Notes: generated from the letters alone by a model not told the origin. Numbered from the stretch's first letter, positions 37,139 to 48,211 are shown. The stretch is 64,000 nucleotides of DNA from Rickettsiales bacterium (GCA_038131165.1 JAYPOZ010000004.1:15493-79492), one strand, 5' to 3'. Made by a program: numbers and translations.

Positions 37139-38224
37139 ATGCTCTATAATCTTCTGGTGTCGCTCGCCGACGATTTCATCGTCTTCAATCTGTTCCGCTA
37201 TCTGACCTTTCGCACCGGCGGCGCCATTATGACGGCGCTGGTCGTCAGTTTTCTGTTCGGGCCGGCGATCATCAATTGGCTGAAAACGGCGCAGAACGGC
37301 AATACGCCGGTCCGCGAGGACGTGCCGGAAGGGCATCTGAAGAAGATCGGCACGCCGACAATGGGCGGTTTCCTGATTCTGCTCGCGATCTCGATCAGCA
37401 CCTTGCTGTGGGCCGATTTGAGCAACGGTTACGTCTGGATCGTGTTGCTGGTGACCATCGGTTTCGGCGCCGTCGGATTTGCCGACGACTACCTCAAGCT
37501 TACCGGATATAAATCGAAAGGCCTGCCCGGGCGCCTCAAGTTGCTTTTCGAAGTCCTGATCGGCGCCGTTGCCGCCTATTGGGTGATGGCAATTACGCCC
37601 CTCCCCCTGTCGGACGGCCTCGCCATTCCGTTCTTCAAGAACGTGCTGGTCAATCTCGGCTGGTTCTTCATCCCCTTCGCCGTCTTCGTCATGGTCGGCG
37701 CGTCGAACGCGGTCAACCTGACGGACGGGCTCGATGGTCTTGCGATCGTTCCGGTGATGATCGCCGCGGCCTGTTTCGGGTTTATCGCCTATCTCGTGGG
37801 CAACAGCGTTTATTCGGGATACTTGCAGCTCAACTATGTTGTCGGTGTCGGCGAACTGTCTGTCTTTTGCGGGGCGCTGGTTGGCGCCAGCCTCGGGTTT
37901 CTCTGGTACAACGCGCCGCCCGCCATGGTCTTCATGGGCGACACCGGGTCGCTTTCCGTCGGCGGTGCCCTCGGGGCGGTCAGTGTCGTCACGAAGCACG
38001 AAGTGGTGCTCGCCATCATCGGCGGTCTGTTCGTGCTGGAGACGGTGTCGGTCATCGTGCAGGTGGTCTCTTTCAAGCTGACCGGAAAGCGCGTCTTCGC
38101 GATGGCGCCGCTCCACCATCACTTCGAGAAGAAGGGCTGGGCGGAGTCGACCATCGTCATTCGGTTCTGGGTCATTGCTTCCATTCTGGCGCTCGTCGGC
38201 ATGTCGACGCTGAAGCTGAGGTGA
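37139..38224 (+). CDS. mraY: phospho-N-acetylmuramoyl-pentapeptide transferase
   Basis: 361-aa polytopic protein with GGGAGG 5 nt upstream of ATG 37139. MraY motifs [20 protein letters not shown] and HHHFE are present. Confidence 0.95.
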   Translation: MLYNLLVSLADDFIVFNLFRYLTFRTGGAIMTALVVSFLFGPAIINWLKTAQNGNTPVREDVPEGHLKKIGTPTMGGFLILLAISISTLLWADLSNGYVWIVLLVTIGFGAVGFADDYLKLTGYKSKGLPGRLKLLFEVLIGAVAAYWVMAITPLPLSDGLAIPFFKNVLVNLGWFFIPFAVFVMVGASNAVNLTDGLDGLAIVPVMIAAACFGFIAYLVGNSVYSGYLQLNYVVGVGELSVFCGALVGASLGFLWYNAPPAMVFMGDTGSLSVGGALGAVSVVTKHEVVLAIIGGLFVLETVSVIVQVVSFKLTGKRVFAMAPLHHHFEKKGWAESTIVIRFWVIASILALVGMSTLKLR

Positions 38225-38228
38225 CGGC

Positions 38229-39632
38229 ATGATCGACCTGCGCATATTCAAAGATCGCCGCATCGCCGTGATGGGCCTCGGGCTTTCGGGTCTCGTCGCG
38301 GCAGAAGCGTTGTGCGCGGGCGGGGCGGAAGTACTGGCATGGGACGACAACGACCGGCGTCGCGCGGAGGCGGCGCGGCGCGGGGTTCCCGTCACGCCCC
38401 TGGTCGAGGCGGATTGGTCGACCATCGATAGCCTGGTCCTCAGTCCCGGGATTCCGCATCTGCATCCCGCGCCCAATCCGGTCGCTCAGGCAGCCCGCGA
38501 TGCCGGCGTGGAAATCATCGGCGATATCGAATTGCTCATCCGGGCGCAGCCGTCGGCGCGGTATGTCGGCGTCACGGGCACGAACGGAAAATCGACAACC
38601 ACCGCCCTGATCGGCCACATTCTGAAAACCGTGGGGGCGCGGGTGGCCGTCGGCGGCAATCTCGGGTTGCCGGCGCTGTCGCTCGAAGCGCTTGGCGCGG
38701 ACGGAATTTACGTACTCGAGATGTCCTCATATCAGCTCGAGCTGACGCCGTCCGCCCGGTTCGACGTGGCGATCCTGCTCAATCTCAGCCCAGACCATCT
38801 TGACCGGCACGGCGGGATGGCGGGCTATGTCGCGGCAAAGCGCCGAATCTTCGAGCAACAGCCGGAAGCCGCGACCGCGGTCATCGGCGTGGACGACGCG
38901 GAGTCGGTCGGTCTCCATGATGGATTGGTGGCGGCGGGACGCGGGGCCGTGATCCCGATCTCGGCGGACCGTACGGTCGATGGCGGCGTCTATGCCTGCG
39001 GCCCGGTACTCTACGACAATACGACAGGAAGAGAGCATGAGGTGCGCTCGCTTGCCGACATCGAGACACTGCCAGGTGCCCATAATGCGCAGAACGCCGC
39101 GGCGGCGTTTGCCGCCGCGCAAGCGCTCGGCATCGAAAGTTCGGCCATTGCCGCCGCCTTGAAAACCTATCCCGGATTGCCGCACCGCCAGCAGCTGGCG
39201 GCGGTGATCGATGGGGTCAAATACGTCAACGACAGCAAGGCAACGAATCCCGAAGCGGCGGCGAAGGCGCTTTCCAGCTACGATGATATTTTGTGGATTG
39301 CGGGTGGCCGGGGGAAGGAAGGTTCCCTGGCGCCGCTTTATCCCTATTTGCCGCGCGTCCGGCGGGCCTACCTGATCGGCGAGGCGGCCGGCAAGATGGC
39401 GTCGGAGCTGGAGGGGCGCGTCGCCACGCAGTCATGTGGCAATCTGGAGAATGCGCTCGACGCCGCGAGCCGCGCCGCGGCCGGCACCAAGGCGGTGGTT
39501 CTGTTGTCGCCGGCATGCGCGTCTTTCGATCAGTTCAGCAGTTTCGAGGAACGCGGCCGGGTCTTTTGCCGCCTGGCGGCGGCCCTGCCGGGCGGCCGCC
39601 GCGATGTGCGCTATGCCGGGGAGGCTGCCTGA
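38229..39632 (+). CDS. murD: UDP-N-acetylmuramoylalanine--D-glutamate ligase
   Basis: 467 aa with an N-terminal Rossmann motif (VMGLGLSG) and the P-loop VTGTNGKSTT. Confidence 0.9.
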   Translation: MIDLRIFKDRRIAVMGLGLSGLVAAEALCAGGAEVLAWDDNDRRRAEAARRGVPVTPLVEADWSTIDSLVLSPGIPHLHPAPNPVAQAARDAGVEIIGDIELLIRAQPSARYVGVTGTNGKSTTTALIGHILKTVGARVAVGGNLGLPALSLEALGADGIYVLEMSSYQLELTPSARFDVAILLNLSPDHLDRHGGMAGYVAAKRRIFEQQPEAATAVIGVDDAESVGLHDGLVAAGRGAVIPISADRTVDGGVYACGPVLYDNTTGREHEVRSLADIETLPGAHNAQNAAAAFAAAQALGIESSAIAAALKTYPGLPHRQQLAAVIDGVKYVNDSKATNPEAAAKALSSYDDILWIAGGRGKEGSLAPLYPYLPRVRRAYLIGEAAGKMASELEGRVATQSCGNLENALDAASRAAAGTKAVVLLSPACASFDQFSSFEERGRVFCRLAAALPGGRRDVRYAGEAA

Positions 39633-39635
39633 GCC

Positions 39636-40751
39636 ATGTCCATCGCCCGCACGGATACATCGATTTTGGGCCGTTGGTGGTGGACGGTCGACCGCTGGAC
39701 GCTGCTGGCATTGTTCGCCCTGGCGGCAATCGGCGTGGTTCTCTCGCTCGCCGCCAGCCCGCCCGTGGCCGAGCGTATCGGTCTCGACCCGATGCATTTT
39801 ATCCGCCGGCAAGCGACTTACCTCCCGCTGGCCTTGCTGATCATGGTGAGCGTCTCTTTGCTCTCCCCGGTCGGCGCGCGCCGCCTGGCGGTTATCGTCT
39901 TCCTGGGCGCCGTGGTCATGCTGGCAATGACGCTGTTCCTCGGTAATGAGATCAAAGGCGCGCGCCGCTGGCTCATCATCGCCGGATTCTCCCTGCAGCC
40001 TTCCGAATTCGTCAAGCCATCCTTGGCGGTTGTCTGCGCCTGGATGTTTGCGGCCCGCCGATTGGGCGAGGACATTCCCGGCAATTTGATCGCCTTTCTG
40101 CTGTTCTCTCTGGTGGCGGGCCTGTTGCTGTTGCAACCCGACGTCGGCCAGGCGCTGGTCGTCTCGGCGGTATGGTTCGCGCAGTGGTTCCTCGCCGGGC
40201 TGTCGATGATCTGGGTCGCGGTCGCGTTCGGGTGCGGCATCGCGGGCCTGACCATCGCCTATTTCGTCTTTCCGCACGTCGCGAGCCGGATCGACCGTTT
40301 CATCGACCCGTCTTCCGGCGACAGTTACCAGGTCGACCGCGCCATGGAAGCCTTCATGAACGGCGGACTCCTAGGCCGCGGGCCGGGCGAGGGTACGGCC
40401 AAGATGAATCTGCCGGACGCTCATGCCGATTTTATCCTCGCGGTGGCGGGAGAGGAATTTGGCCTGCTGCTCTGTTTGCTGATCGTTGCCCTGTTCGGCT
40501 TTGTCGTGCTGCGCGGGATTTCCAATCTGATGCGCACCACCGACCTGTTTGTGGTGGTCGCGGCGACCGGCCTGCTGGTTCAGTTCGCTCTCCAGGCACT
40601 GATCAACATGGGTTCCACCACCAGTCTGATGCCGACCAAAGGGATGACCCTGCCTTTCGTCTCGTATGGCGGATCGTCCTTGCTCGCTCTGGCATTCGGG
40701 ATGGGGATCCTGCTTGCGCTGACGCGCCGGCGGGCGGGAGGGACGTCATGA
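39636..40751 (+). CDS. ftsW: SEDS-family peptidoglycan glycosyltransferase FtsW
   Basis: 371-aa polytopic protein with SEDS motifs (LQPSEFVKP, PDAHADFIL, LPFVSYGGSS), in the canonical dcw position. Confidence 0.9.
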   Translation: MSIARTDTSILGRWWWTVDRWTLLALFALAAIGVVLSLAASPPVAERIGLDPMHFIRRQATYLPLALLIMVSVSLLSPVGARRLAVIVFLGAVVMLAMTLFLGNEIKGARRWLIIAGFSLQPSEFVKPSLAVVCAWMFAARRLGEDIPGNLIAFLLFSLVAGLLLLQPDVGQALVVSAVWFAQWFLAGLSMIWVAVAFGCGIAGLTIAYFVFPHVASRIDRFIDPSSGDSYQVDRAMEAFMNGGLLGRGPGEGTAKMNLPDAHADFILAVAGEEFGLLLCLLIVALFGFVVLRGISNLMRTTDLFVVVAATGLLVQFALQALINMGSTTSLMPTKGMTLPFVSYGGSSLLALAFGMGILLALTRRRAGGTS

Positions 40752-41887
40752 CCGTAGGGCCTATCGTCCTGGCTGCCGGCGGGACAGGCGGGCATGTCTT
40801 TCCGGCGCAGGCCCTCGCGACCGAACTGCGGCGACGCGGCTATCGTCTGGTTCTGATCGCCGATAAACGCAGCGAAGCCTTCGACGGCGCGTTGGGCGAG
40901 CTCGAAGTCCACAGGATCGACGCCGCCGGCGTGAGCGGTAAGGGACAACTGGCGAAAGTCGCCGCGGTATTGCGTCTCGGGCGCGGTTACTTTCAGGCCC
41001 GGCGTCTGCTCAAGCAGATCACACCGCTGGCGGTTGTGGGATTCGGCAGCTACCCCTCGGCGCCGACGGTTCTCGCCGCCCAGCACCTCGGATGCAAGAC
41101 CGTCATTCACGAGCAGAATGCGGTTCTAGGTCGGGCAAATCGCATGTTGGCGCCGCGCGCGAGCCGAATTGCGACAGCCTTCAAGACGGTGCGCGCGCTC
41201 CGCGCGGCCGATCGCGACAAGGCCGTTTGGACGGGAAATCCCGTTCGCCCCGAGATCGTTGCGTTTCGCGGGCGGCCCTATGTCGCGCCGGCCGCGGAGG
41301 GAGCGATCCGGATCTTGATCGTCGGCGGCAGTCAGGGAGCGAAGATTCTCGGCGAGGTGGTGCCGGACGCGTTGGCCCGTCTCGCGCCCGACCTGCGCAG
41401 CCGGCTTCGCGTCGCCCAACAATGCCGTGGCGGCGAGGCGGAATCCGCCCGGAAAACATTTGCGGCCGCGCATATCCAGGCCGAGGTCGCGCCGTTTTTC
41501 GACGACATGCCGACCCGGTTGGCGGATGCGAGCCTTGTGATCTCGCGCAGCGGCGCGTCGACGATTGCCGAACTGACGACAGTCGGCCGGCCGGCAGTAC
41601 TTGTCCCCTTCGCGCATGCCACGGACGATCATCAAACGGCGAATGCCGAGGGGTTCTGCGACGCGGGCGGGGGCTGGATCATACAGCAGGATGCGCTGAC
41701 CGCCGAGCTTTTGGCGCAGCGGCTGGGGTCCCTGCTGGTCCCTGGCCCGACATTGCCGACCGCTGCGAAATGCGCCGAACGCCTGGGCCGTCCCGGCGCG
41801 GCCGGCGAACTCGCCGATGTCGTGGTTTCGGTTCTCGGCGGCAACGGCAATGGCGATGTTTCGGATCAAAAGGAGGCCGCCGCATGA
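40748..41887 (+). CDS. murG: UDP-N-acetylglucosamine--N-acetylmuramyl-(pentapeptide) pyrophosphoryl-undecaprenol GlcNAc transferase
   Basis: 379 aa with [12 protein letters not shown] and HEQN motifs. ATGA overlap with ftsW. Confidence 0.9.
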   Translation: MTVGPIVLAAGGTGGHVFPAQALATELRRRGYRLVLIADKRSEAFDGALGELEVHRIDAAGVSGKGQLAKVAAVLRLGRGYFQARRLLKQITPLAVVGFGSYPSAPTVLAAQHLGCKTVIHEQNAVLGRANRMLAPRASRIATAFKTVRALRAADRDKAVWTGNPVRPEIVAFRGRPYVAPAAEGAIRILIVGGSQGAKILGEVVPDALARLAPDLRSRLRVAQQCRGGEAESARKTFAAAHIQAEVAPFFDDMPTRLADASLVISRSGASTIAELTTVGRPAVLVPFAHATDDHQTANAEGFCDAGGGWIIQQDALTAELLAQRLGSLLVPGPTLPTAAKCAERLGRPGAAGELADVVVSVLGGNGNGDVSDQKEAAA

Positions 41888-43308
41888 AAGAGATGCCACT
41901 TTCGATCGGAACCATTCATTTTGTCGGAATCGGCGGCATCGGGATGTCCGGTATCGCCGAGGTAATGCACAATCTGGGGTATCGGGTCCAAGGCAGCGAT
42001 ATCGCCGCGAGCGCCAATGTGAAGCGGCTCGAGCAATTGGGAATATCGGTGGCCATCGGGCACGATGCCGCGAACGTGGCGAGCGCCGACGTCGTGGTGA
42101 TTTCCTCCGCGGTCAAAGCCGACAATCCCGAGGTGACGACGGCCCGCTCCCGGCTGATTCCGGTCGTGCGCCGGGCAGAGATGCTGGGCGAACTGATGCG
42201 GCTCAAGTGGTCCATTGCCGTCGGCGGGACGCATGGCAAGACGACGACCACGTCGTTGATTGCCTCGATACTCGACTACGCCGACTACGACCCGACCGTG
42301 ATCAACGGCGGCATTATCAATGCGTATGGAACGAACGCCCGACTCGGCGCGGGCGAATGGATGGTCGTGGAGGCAGATGAATCCGACGGCACCTTTGTCA
42401 AATTGCCGGCCACGATCGCGGTGGTGACGAATATCGATCCCGAGCATCTCGATTTCTACGGCGATTTCGACAAGGTCAAAGCCGCCTTTCAGACATTTGT
42501 CCAAAACATTCCCTTCTATGGTTTTGCGGCGCTCTGCATTGATCACCCTGAAGTGCAGGCCATGATCGGACAAATCACCGACAGGCGGATCGTCTCATAC
42601 GGCATGAGCCCGCAAGCCGAAGTACGCGGCGAAAACCTGCGCCAAGGGCCCGGCGGCGCCACGTTCGACGTCGTCGTGGAATCGCGCTCGGGAGGCGGCG
42701 AGCGTATCGAGAACGTCCGCCTGCCCATGTTCGGCGAGCACAATGTCCTGAACGCCCTTGCCGGTATCGCAGTTGCCCGGGAGATGGGCATTCCAAGCGA
42801 GACCGTGGTGGGTGGGTGGGCCCGGTGTGCGGGCGTGAAACGCCGTTTTAACAAGACGGGCGAGGCCGACGTAATAAGCGTCATCGACGATTACGGTCAT
42901 CACCCGGTGGAGATTGCCGCCGTTATGAAAGCGGCCCGGGCGGCGACTCGAGGCCGGGTCATCGCGGTCGTGCAGCCGCATCGCTATTCCCGATTGCAGG
43001 ATCTGTTCGAAGATTTCTGCACGTGTTTCAACGAGGCCGATACCGTCATCGTCGCGGATGTTCATGCCGCCGGGGAAGCGCCGATTGAAGGGGTCAATCG
43101 CGACGCGCTCGTGGCCGGGCTGCGTACCCACGGCCATCGCCGTGTCGAGCCGCTCGAAAGTCCCGAAGCGCTGCCGGCATTGATCGCGTCTATGGCAAAG
43201 GCCGGCGACCTCGTCGTTTGTTTGGGCGCGGGGACGATCACGAGTTGGGCTCAGGAACTGCCGGCAGCGCTCGCTGCGTTGCGCCAGAAACGCGCGGAGG
43301 TTGGATAA
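41884..43308 (+). CDS. murC: UDP-N-acetylmuramate--L-alanine ligase
   Basis: 474 aa with [14 protein letters not shown] and the P-loop [16 protein letters not shown] overlap with murG. Confidence 0.9.
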   Translation: MKEMPLSIGTIHFVGIGGIGMSGIAEVMHNLGYRVQGSDIAASANVKRLEQLGISVAIGHDAANVASADVVVISSAVKADNPEVTTARSRLIPVVRRAEMLGELMRLKWSIAVGGTHGKTTTTSLIASILDYADYDPTVINGGIINAYGTNARLGAGEWMVVEADESDGTFVKLPATIAVVTNIDPEHLDFYGDFDKVKAAFQTFVQNIPFYGFAALCIDHPEVQAMIGQITDRRIVSYGMSPQAEVRGENLRQGPGGATFDVVVESRSGGGERIENVRLPMFGEHNVLNALAGIAVAREMGIPSETVVGGWARCAGVKRRFNKTGEADVISVIDDYGHHPVEIAAVMKAARAATRGRVIAVVQPHRYSRLQDLFEDFCTCFNEADTVIVADVHAAGEAPIEGVNRDALVAGLRTHGHRRVEPLESPEALPALIASMAKAGDLVVCLGAGTITSWAQELPAALAALRQKRAEVG

Positions 43309-44243
43309 TGGTCATGGTTGCCGTCCGACATTCCGAACGTCTTGTCGATCGTTTGCCAAGGGTCCGCGGATCCTATGAAGAAGGGGCCAATATCGGACGC
43401 CGGACCTGGTTCAGGACCGGCGGTGCGGCGGAAGTGCTGTACCAACCGGTCGACGCGGACGATCTGCAGACATTCCTGGAAGACAAGCCCGCAGACGTCC
43501 GGCTGACCGTGATCGGGTTCGGCTCTAATTTGCTGGTGCGCGACGGCGGCATTGACGGCGTCGTGATTGTTCTCGGCGAAGGTTTCTCCGAAATCGAATT
43601 CGATGGCTCGGTGGCCGTGGCCGGCGCCGCCGCCCTCGATGTCAATGTCGCGCGCGCGGCTCAGCAGCGGGGCATTACGGGGTTGGAGTTCTTGTCCGGA
43701 ATACCCGGGACGATCGGTGGCGCGGTCCGCATGAATGCCGGTGCCTATGGCGGCGAGATTGGCGGCGTCGTGATCGACGTCATAGCGCTGGACGCTAGTG
43801 GCGGCGCCCATGTGGTCGAGAGCAAGAAACTTGATTTCTCATATCGGCGCTGTGCTTTGCCGGAGGATTGGATCGTCCTGTCGGCCCGTTTGCGCGGACA
43901 GGTCGGAGACCCCGAAGAAATTGCGGCATGCATGGCGACGATTGCGGCGGCCCGGAGCGAGAGCCAACCAAAGACGCGGACCGGCGGATCGACCTTCGCG
44001 AACCCGCCGGGCTACAAGGCTTGGAAGCTGATCGACGATGCCGGTTGCCGCGGCCTGCGCCGGGGCGGCGCCATGGTCTCCGAGCAGCACTGTAATTTCC
44101 TGTTGAATCTGGGCGACGCGACTTCCTCGGACATCGAGTTGCTGGGCGAAGAAGTTCGCTGCCGGGTGTTGGAGCACTCGGGTGTCCACCTGGAATGGGA
44201 AATTCGGCGCATCGGCAATGCGTGCCGAGGGGCCAAGCCATGA
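43308..44243 (+). CDS. murB: UDP-N-acetylenolpyruvoylglucosamine reductase
   Basis: 311 aa with FAD-binding motifs (WFRTGGAAE, IGFGSNLLVRD). TAATG overlap with murC. Confidence 0.9.
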   Translation: MVMVAVRHSERLVDRLPRVRGSYEEGANIGRRTWFRTGGAAEVLYQPVDADDLQTFLEDKPADVRLTVIGFGSNLLVRDGGIDGVVIVLGEGFSEIEFDGSVAVAGAAALDVNVARAAQQRGITGLEFLSGIPGTIGGAVRMNAGAYGGEIGGVVIDVIALDASGGAHVVESKKLDFSYRRCALPEDWIVLSARLRGQVGDPEEIAACMATIAAARSESQPKTRTGGSTFANPPGYKAWKLIDDAGCRGLRRGGAMVSEQHCNFLLNLGDATSSDIELLGEEVRCRVLEHSGVHLEWEIRRIGNACRGAKP

Positions 44244-45094
44244 CGAAAACAAAGTTGAAAGCAGTGAGGAAAACGGCGAGAGGGTCGGTGCGCCGCCGGG
44301 TCCGGCCTAGTTGGCTGCGGCCGGCGATCGTGACTGCCGGCGCGTTGGCCCTGCTCGGCGGAATCGCGGGCGGCGGAACCTGGTTCGTGCAGTCGGGCAA
44401 GGCTGCTGCCGCGCTGGATCAATTGGAAAATTATTACGAAACCGCCAGCCGGTCCGCGGGCTTCGTGGTCCGTGAAGTCTTGGTGGAAGGGCGGACCGAG
44501 ACGCCGCGGTCGCAATTGTTGTCGGCGCTGCAGGTGGAGCGCGGCGATCTGATGCTCGGGTTCGATGTCGAGACCGCCCGAAAACGATTGGAAGCGCTTG
44601 GATGGGTCGCGGCCGCACGTGTGGAGCGCCGCTTGCCCGATACCATTCGAGTTTCGATCGTCGAGCGTGTCCCGGTCGCGGTCTGGCAGCATAAGGGCAA
44701 GTTTCTGCTGGTGGACGCAGCCGGCGTGACGATCGGGGCCGACGGCGTCGAGCGTTTTCCGGACCTGAAGATCGTCATCGGCGATGATGCGCCGCTGCAT
44801 GCGCAGGCCTTGATCGCGATGCTGCAGCGGCACCCGGAACTGATGAAGCAGACAAAAGCGGCGATCCGGACCGGCAAGCGGCGTTGGAATCTGCGAATGG
44901 AGAGCGGGGTCGATGTCCGCCTGCCCGAAAACGACGCGTTCGAGGCCTGGGACAGGCTTGCGAAATACGAGAAGCAGCACGGCCTCCTGGCGAGGGATAT
45001 CGCGAGCATCGACCTGCGCTTGCCGGACAGAGTCGTCGTTAAAGTCCGTCCGGCCGGTGCGGTGATCAAATCGAAATCGGAGAGCCACACATGA
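44240..45094 (+). CDS. ftsQ: cell division protein FtsQ
   Basis: 284-aa bitopic protein with POTRA-like and FtsQ-type domains (VVREVLVEGRTETP...VAARVERRLPDTIRVSIVER). Its ATG overlaps the murB stop (ATGA). Confidence 0.85.
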   Translation: MTKTKLKAVRKTARGSVRRRVRPSWLRPAIVTAGALALLGGIAGGGTWFVQSGKAAAALDQLENYYETASRSAGFVVREVLVEGRTETPRSQLLSALQVERGDLMLGFDVETARKRLEALGWVAAARVERRLPDTIRVSIVERVPVAVWQHKGKFLLVDAAGVTIGADGVERFPDLKIVIGDDAPLHAQALIAMLQRHPELMKQTKAAIRTGKRRWNLRMESGVDVRLPENDAFEAWDRLAKYEKQHGLLARDIASIDLRLPDRVVVKVRPAGAVIKSKSESHT

Positions 45095-45139
45095 CCCGCT
45101 CTACCGCGTCACGCCATTGGATTGGGGAGTAAAACTGCA

Positions 45140-46378
45140 GTGGCACGTCATGAACAAATCGCGGCGTTGGATGTCGGCAGTACGAAAGTGTGCTGTTTCG
45201 TGGCCGAAAGGGATGAAGGCGAGCGCATTCGCGTCACCGGCATCGGCCATCACGTCAGCGAAGGCCTGAAAGCGGGCAACATCGTCGATATGCGTTTGGC
45301 CGAGCAATCGGTTCTCTCCGCGGTACATGCTGCCGAGCAAATGGCCGGGACGACGATCCGCGAAGTGATCGTCAATCTGGCATCGGGCGAGCCTTCGAGC
45401 CGGTTCGTCGATATCGAGACGGAGCTGACCGCACAGGCGGTCGGCGACAAGGAACTCGGTCGGCTGTTCAACGATCCGAAACTGGCGGATCTCGCATCCA
45501 AGCGCCATCTGGTTCACGCGATTCCGGTCGGCTACGCGATAGACGGATCGAACGGCATACGCGATCCCAAGGGCCTGTACGGTCACAATCTTGGTGTTCG
45601 CGTACATGCAGTGACGGCGTCGCCAAGCGTCTTGCAGAATGTCGTCAATTGCGTCGAAAGGTGCCACCTTCGCGTGGCGGATTTCGCGGTCAATCCTTAT
45701 GCTGCCGGAGTTGCCTGCGTCGTAGAGGATGAATTGGACCTCGGCGTAACGGTCATCGACATGGGCGGCGGCACGACGTCGATCGGCATCTTTTTCGAAG
45801 GCGCCTTGGTCCATGTGGATTCGATTCCGATCGGCGGGGGCCACATCACCAGCGATATCGCGCGCGGGTTGTCCACGCCGATGCATCATGCCGAACGGCT
45901 CAAAACGCTGCATGGCACCTGCCTGCCGTCGCCGACGGACGAGACCGAGATAATCAGCGCGCCGCGAGTCGGCGAAGATGACGAGTCTCAGGCGCCTACT
46001 ATTCCCAAGTCGTTCTTGGTCAGCATTATCGCGCCCCGTGTCGAGGAGACCCTGGAACTTGTTCGCGACCGTCTGTCGGTCAGCGGCATGGACCGCAAGG
46101 CCGGCCGCCGCGTGGTGTTGACCGGTGGGGCAAGCCAACTTCCGGGTGTCCGGGAGTTCGCCGGCCAAATTCTCGACAAGCAGACCCGCATGGGCCGGCC
46201 GATTCGGGTCGCGGGTCTGGCGGAAGCGACATGCGGCCCTGCTTTTTCGGCCTGTGCCGGATTGTTGTCGCTCGGCGTCGACGATCGTGGCGAGGCCTGG
46301 CCGCCGCCGCCTTTGGAAGCGGCAGAGGCGAACGGCGTATTCGGCAAAATCGGAGGATGGCTGCGTGCGAACTTCTGA
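45140..46378 (+). CDS. ftsA: cell division protein FtsA
   Basis: Actin-fold motifs (ALDVGSTKVCC, DMGGGTTSIGIF). GTG 45140 has GGGGAG 10 nt upstream; the TTG at 45122 in the ORF track is the alternative start. Confidence 0.9.
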   Translation: MARHEQIAALDVGSTKVCCFVAERDEGERIRVTGIGHHVSEGLKAGNIVDMRLAEQSVLSAVHAAEQMAGTTIREVIVNLASGEPSSRFVDIETELTAQAVGDKELGRLFNDPKLADLASKRHLVHAIPVGYAIDGSNGIRDPKGLYGHNLGVRVHAVTASPSVLQNVVNCVERCHLRVADFAVNPYAAGVACVVEDELDLGVTVIDMGGGTTSIGIFFEGALVHVDSIPIGGGHITSDIARGLSTPMHHAERLKTLHGTCLPSPTDETEIISAPRVGEDDESQAPTIPKSFLVSIIAPRVEETLELVRDRLSVSGMDRKAGRRVVLTGGASQLPGVREFAGQILDKQTRMGRPIRVAGLAEATCGPAFSACAGLLSLGVDDRGEAWPPPPLEAAEANGVFGKIGGWLRANF

Positions 46379-46483
46379 TTGTCCGATTGAGTTTACCACC
46401 GTCCGGTCACGGCAGCCCGGACGTTCTACCGCCGGAACCGTTCCGGCGCACACTAGCATTGCAACTGGATTGCGGAGATTGTC

Positions 46484-48211
46484 ATGACCATTAAATTATC
46501 AATGCCAAAGCCGGAGGCTGAATTGAAGCCACGGATTACCGTCGTCGGCGTCGGCGGTGCGGGCGGCAATGCCGTCAACAACATGATTCAAGCCAACCTC
46601 GAAGGAGTCGACTTCGTGGTTGCGAATACGGATGCGCAAGCGCTCGGCCAATCGCAAGCGGATCACGCCATCCAACTCGGTGCGGCGATCACGCAGGGTC
46701 TCGGCGCCGGATCGCGCCCGGAAATCGGCCGGGCCGCGGCCGAGGAATCCCTGGACGATATTCTCGATCACCTGGCGGGGAGCCACATGGTCTTCGTCAC
46801 CGCCGGCATGGGGGGTGGGACCGGTACCGGCGCCGCGCCCGTGATTGCGCGCTCGGTCCGCGAGCACGGCATCCTGACCGTGGGTGTCGTCACGAAGCCT
46901 TTCCATTTTGAAGGCAACCATCGCATGAAGATGGCCGAGGAAGGGATCGAGGAACTCCAGCAGTTCGTGGATACGCTGATCATCATTCCGAACCAGAACC
47001 TTTTCCGCGTGGCCAACGAGAAGACGACTTTCGCCGAAGCCTTCAAAATGGCGGATAACGTGCTTTATTCGGGTGTGCGCGGGGTGACCGACCTGATGGT
47101 GATGCCGGGCTTGATCAATCTCGATTTTGCCGATGTTCGCACGGTAATGAGCGAGATGGGCAAGGCGATGATGGGCACGGGAGAAGCGGAAGGCGAGGGC
47201 CGGGCAATTGCCGCTGCAGAAGCCGCGATTTCGAATCCGTTGCTCGACGATATCACCATGAAGGGCGCGCGGGGCGTTCTGATCAATATCACCGGTGGTG
47301 GGGATATGACGCTCTTCGAGGTCGACGAAGCCGCCAATCGCATCCGCGAGGAAGTCGATAACGAAGCGAACATCGTCTTCGGTTCGACGTTCGACCAGGC
47401 GATGGAGGGCCTCTTGAGGGTTTCCGTCGTGGCGACGGGGATCGAGGCGGAATCTGTCGCATCGCCGCGCCCCCTGCCGTCGGGGCTTTCGACGCTGTCG
47501 CCGAGGACGGCCCGTCCCGCGGTCCCGGCCGCCGAACAGCCGGAGGCACCGGCCGTTCGGGCCACGCCTGCGGCAGCGGAAGCGAAACCGGCGGTACGGG
47601 TCGAGGAAGAGCCGGAGACGGACGAACCCGAAGCTCTACTCCTCGACGATATCGAAGAGACCGAGGAGGCGCCGCAAGACCGCGAGGCTGCGGTGGCGGC
47701 GCCTGCTGCGCTCGCGCCGAAGCGTCAGGTGACGGCCAAGGCTCGGGTGACGCTTTCGAAACCTGTTGCCGAAGCGACTCAGGAGCCCGACACGGATGGC
47801 GGCAGCGTCGAGTCGGAGAAAGAAGAGCCGCAATTGATGCAACGGCCCGCTCGCCGGTCGCCGTTCATTCCGCCGAAGCCGGTCGCTCCCGAAGAAAGCA
47901 CCGGGGCTAAGGAGCCGGAACCGTTTGCGGCGGCGGCGATGGAGAATGCCCGCAGCGAAACGCAGAAGGAACGCCGCCGGCCCAGCCTGTTCGAGAGGAT
48001 GACCGGCGCGGGAAAGTCGACGGCGACGGAGACGACTCCGGCGGGCAATCCTAAGGCGCCTGCTTCCGTGACGCCGATGCCCAAGCCGGAAGCGCCTGTG
48101 GCGGAAAAAACGGAAGAGGCCGCTGCGCCGAGTGACGAACGGTTCCAGTTGTCGCAGGCTGAAGAAGAAATGCTGGATATTCCGGCATTCTTGCGCCGCC
48201 AGGCGAACTAA
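46484..48211 (+). CDS. ftsZ: cell division GTPase FtsZ with a long disordered linker
   Basis: 575 aa with the tubulin signature [17 protein letters not shown]-rich linker of about 240 aa follows, then the C-terminal peptide [12 protein letters not shown]. Confidence 0.97.
   Translation: MTIKLSMPKPEAELKPRITVVGVGGAGGNAVNNMIQANLEGVDFVVANTDAQALGQSQADHAIQLGAAITQGLGAGSRPEIGRAAAEESLDDILDHLAGSHMVFVTAGMGGGTGTGAAPVIARSVREHGILTVGVVTKPFHFEGNHRMKMAEEGIEELQQFVDTLIIIPNQNLFRVANEKTTFAEAFKMADNVLYSGVRGVTDLMVMPGLINLDFADVRTVMSEMGKAMMGTGEAEGEGRAIAAAEAAISNPLLDDITMKGARGVLINITGGGDMTLFEVDEAANRIREEVDNEANIVFGSTFDQAMEGLLRVSVVATGIEAESVASPRPLPSGLSTLSPRTARPAVPAAEQPEAPAVRATPAAAEAKPAVRVEEEPETDEPEALLLDDIEETEEAPQDREAAVAAPAALAPKRQVTAKARVTLSKPVAEATQEPDTDGGSVESEKEEPQLMQRPARRSPFIPPKPVAPEESTGAKEPEPFAAAAMENARSETQKERRRPSLFERMTGAGKSTATETTPAGNPKAPASVTPMPKPEAPVAEKTEEAAAPSDERFQLSQAEEEMLDIPAFLRRQAN

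Noticed and set aside
36140-38476. A 778-aa minus-strand ORF across murE, mraY and murD. Similar long off-frame ORFs include 10964-12682(+), 12766-14598(+), 16132-17781(-), 21506-23560(-), 33436-35655 upstream part, 53608-55005(-).
   Set aside because: All overlap well-supported genes in other frames or strands and have Arg/Pro/Gly-dominated composition, so they were treated as non-coding.
46379-46483. Looked for CtrA boxes (TTAA-N7-TTAA) and CcrM GANTC sites in the ftsZ, ftsA and mraZ upstream regions.
   Set aside because: No TTAA-N7-TTAA was found. The only GANTC is the single GATTC at 31911-31915, which is insufficient to claim cell-cycle regulation.
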